Assembly (NCBI RefSeq): GCF_964355755.1
Contig: NC_092673.1
Span: 17,419,648-17,483,647 of the forward strand
Direction: 5' to 3'
Origin: Antedon mediterranea
Lineage: Eukaryota; Animalia; Echinodermata
DNA length: 64,000 nucleotides
Notes under the pieces: model-generated
Databases searched by the model: none
The model's input: the letters and a program-made list of their open reading frames with translations, nothing else
Told to the model about the DNA's origin: nothing
In this document: positions 63,618 through 64,000 of the stretch, in pieces
How the letters are laid out: the number at the start of each line of letters is the position of its first letter
Position numbering within the stretch: position 1 is the first letter of the stretch
Program-made: the position numbers and the translations under genes

Positions 63618-64000
63618 CAGGCCTCGAATTTTACCGCGGCCACCGCGGCCAGTGCCGTCGGTGCCCTCCCAGTTGGCCTCAATGCCCTCGAAAATGAATA
63701 GCACCCACGGCCACTACTGGCCTGCCCTTTTTTTTGCGTTGGCCGCGAGTGCCCTTCCCGAGTTTTACCACAATAAAAACCACTGAATTAGATAGAAAAT
63801 AATGTCAAGAAGATTTGTTTACACGACTCGGACGAGACGCAAAACTATCGCCTGTCTTCGTTGCAAGGGGATTTCCCTAAACGCATTTATTAATACACAA
63901 ACAGTAAACAAAACATCGAACATTGCAATAGGGTAACCAAAACAATATCATCCCGGCCGCCGTGCGTGGTAAATCATGGTATAGATAGTACATTAAAATA
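63618..64000. mobile_element. Second copy of the hAT-like element at 18163 (runs off the window)
   Basis: CAGGCCTCGAATTTTACCGCGGCC... nearly identical to 18163-18500 with small indels. Confidence 0.92.

Overview
AT-rich, intron-rich animal genomic DNA; the repeat and domain content suggests a marine invertebrate, possibly an echinoderm (inference). One long + strand gene dominates the window. I assembled it by hand from GT-AG boundaries into 30 coding exons (13799..57067, 3990 nt in frame, ~1329 aa). Its architecture is ankyrin N-cap, 8 ankyrin repeats, C-cap, Roc GTPase, COR, a tandem death-effector-like region and a C-terminal double hydrophobic segment, i.e. a kinase-less Roco protein. The striking part is 17070..21630. 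Each ankyrin repeat is its own phase-0 exon (105-111 nt) in a ~327-bp tandem unit. The ~219-nt introns are nearly identical, while the exons vary almost only by non-synonymous changes and in-frame indels, concentrated at ankyrin binding-face positions, and they are mosaic between copies. This looks like a diversifying, exon-shuffling, DARPin-like innate immune receptor. The rest is a dense transposon landscape: a THAP/Kolobok-type transposase pseudogene, an internally deleted Academ element (TIRs, 3-bp TSD), two RTE/RTEX-like LINEs (one with an intact ORF2), a CR1/L2 fragment, a copia remnant, hAT/piggyBac/MULE/P/Harbinger/Kolobok non-autonomous elements, several minisatellites and a probable minimal hammerhead ribozyme. 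All calls are by eye and no database searches were run.
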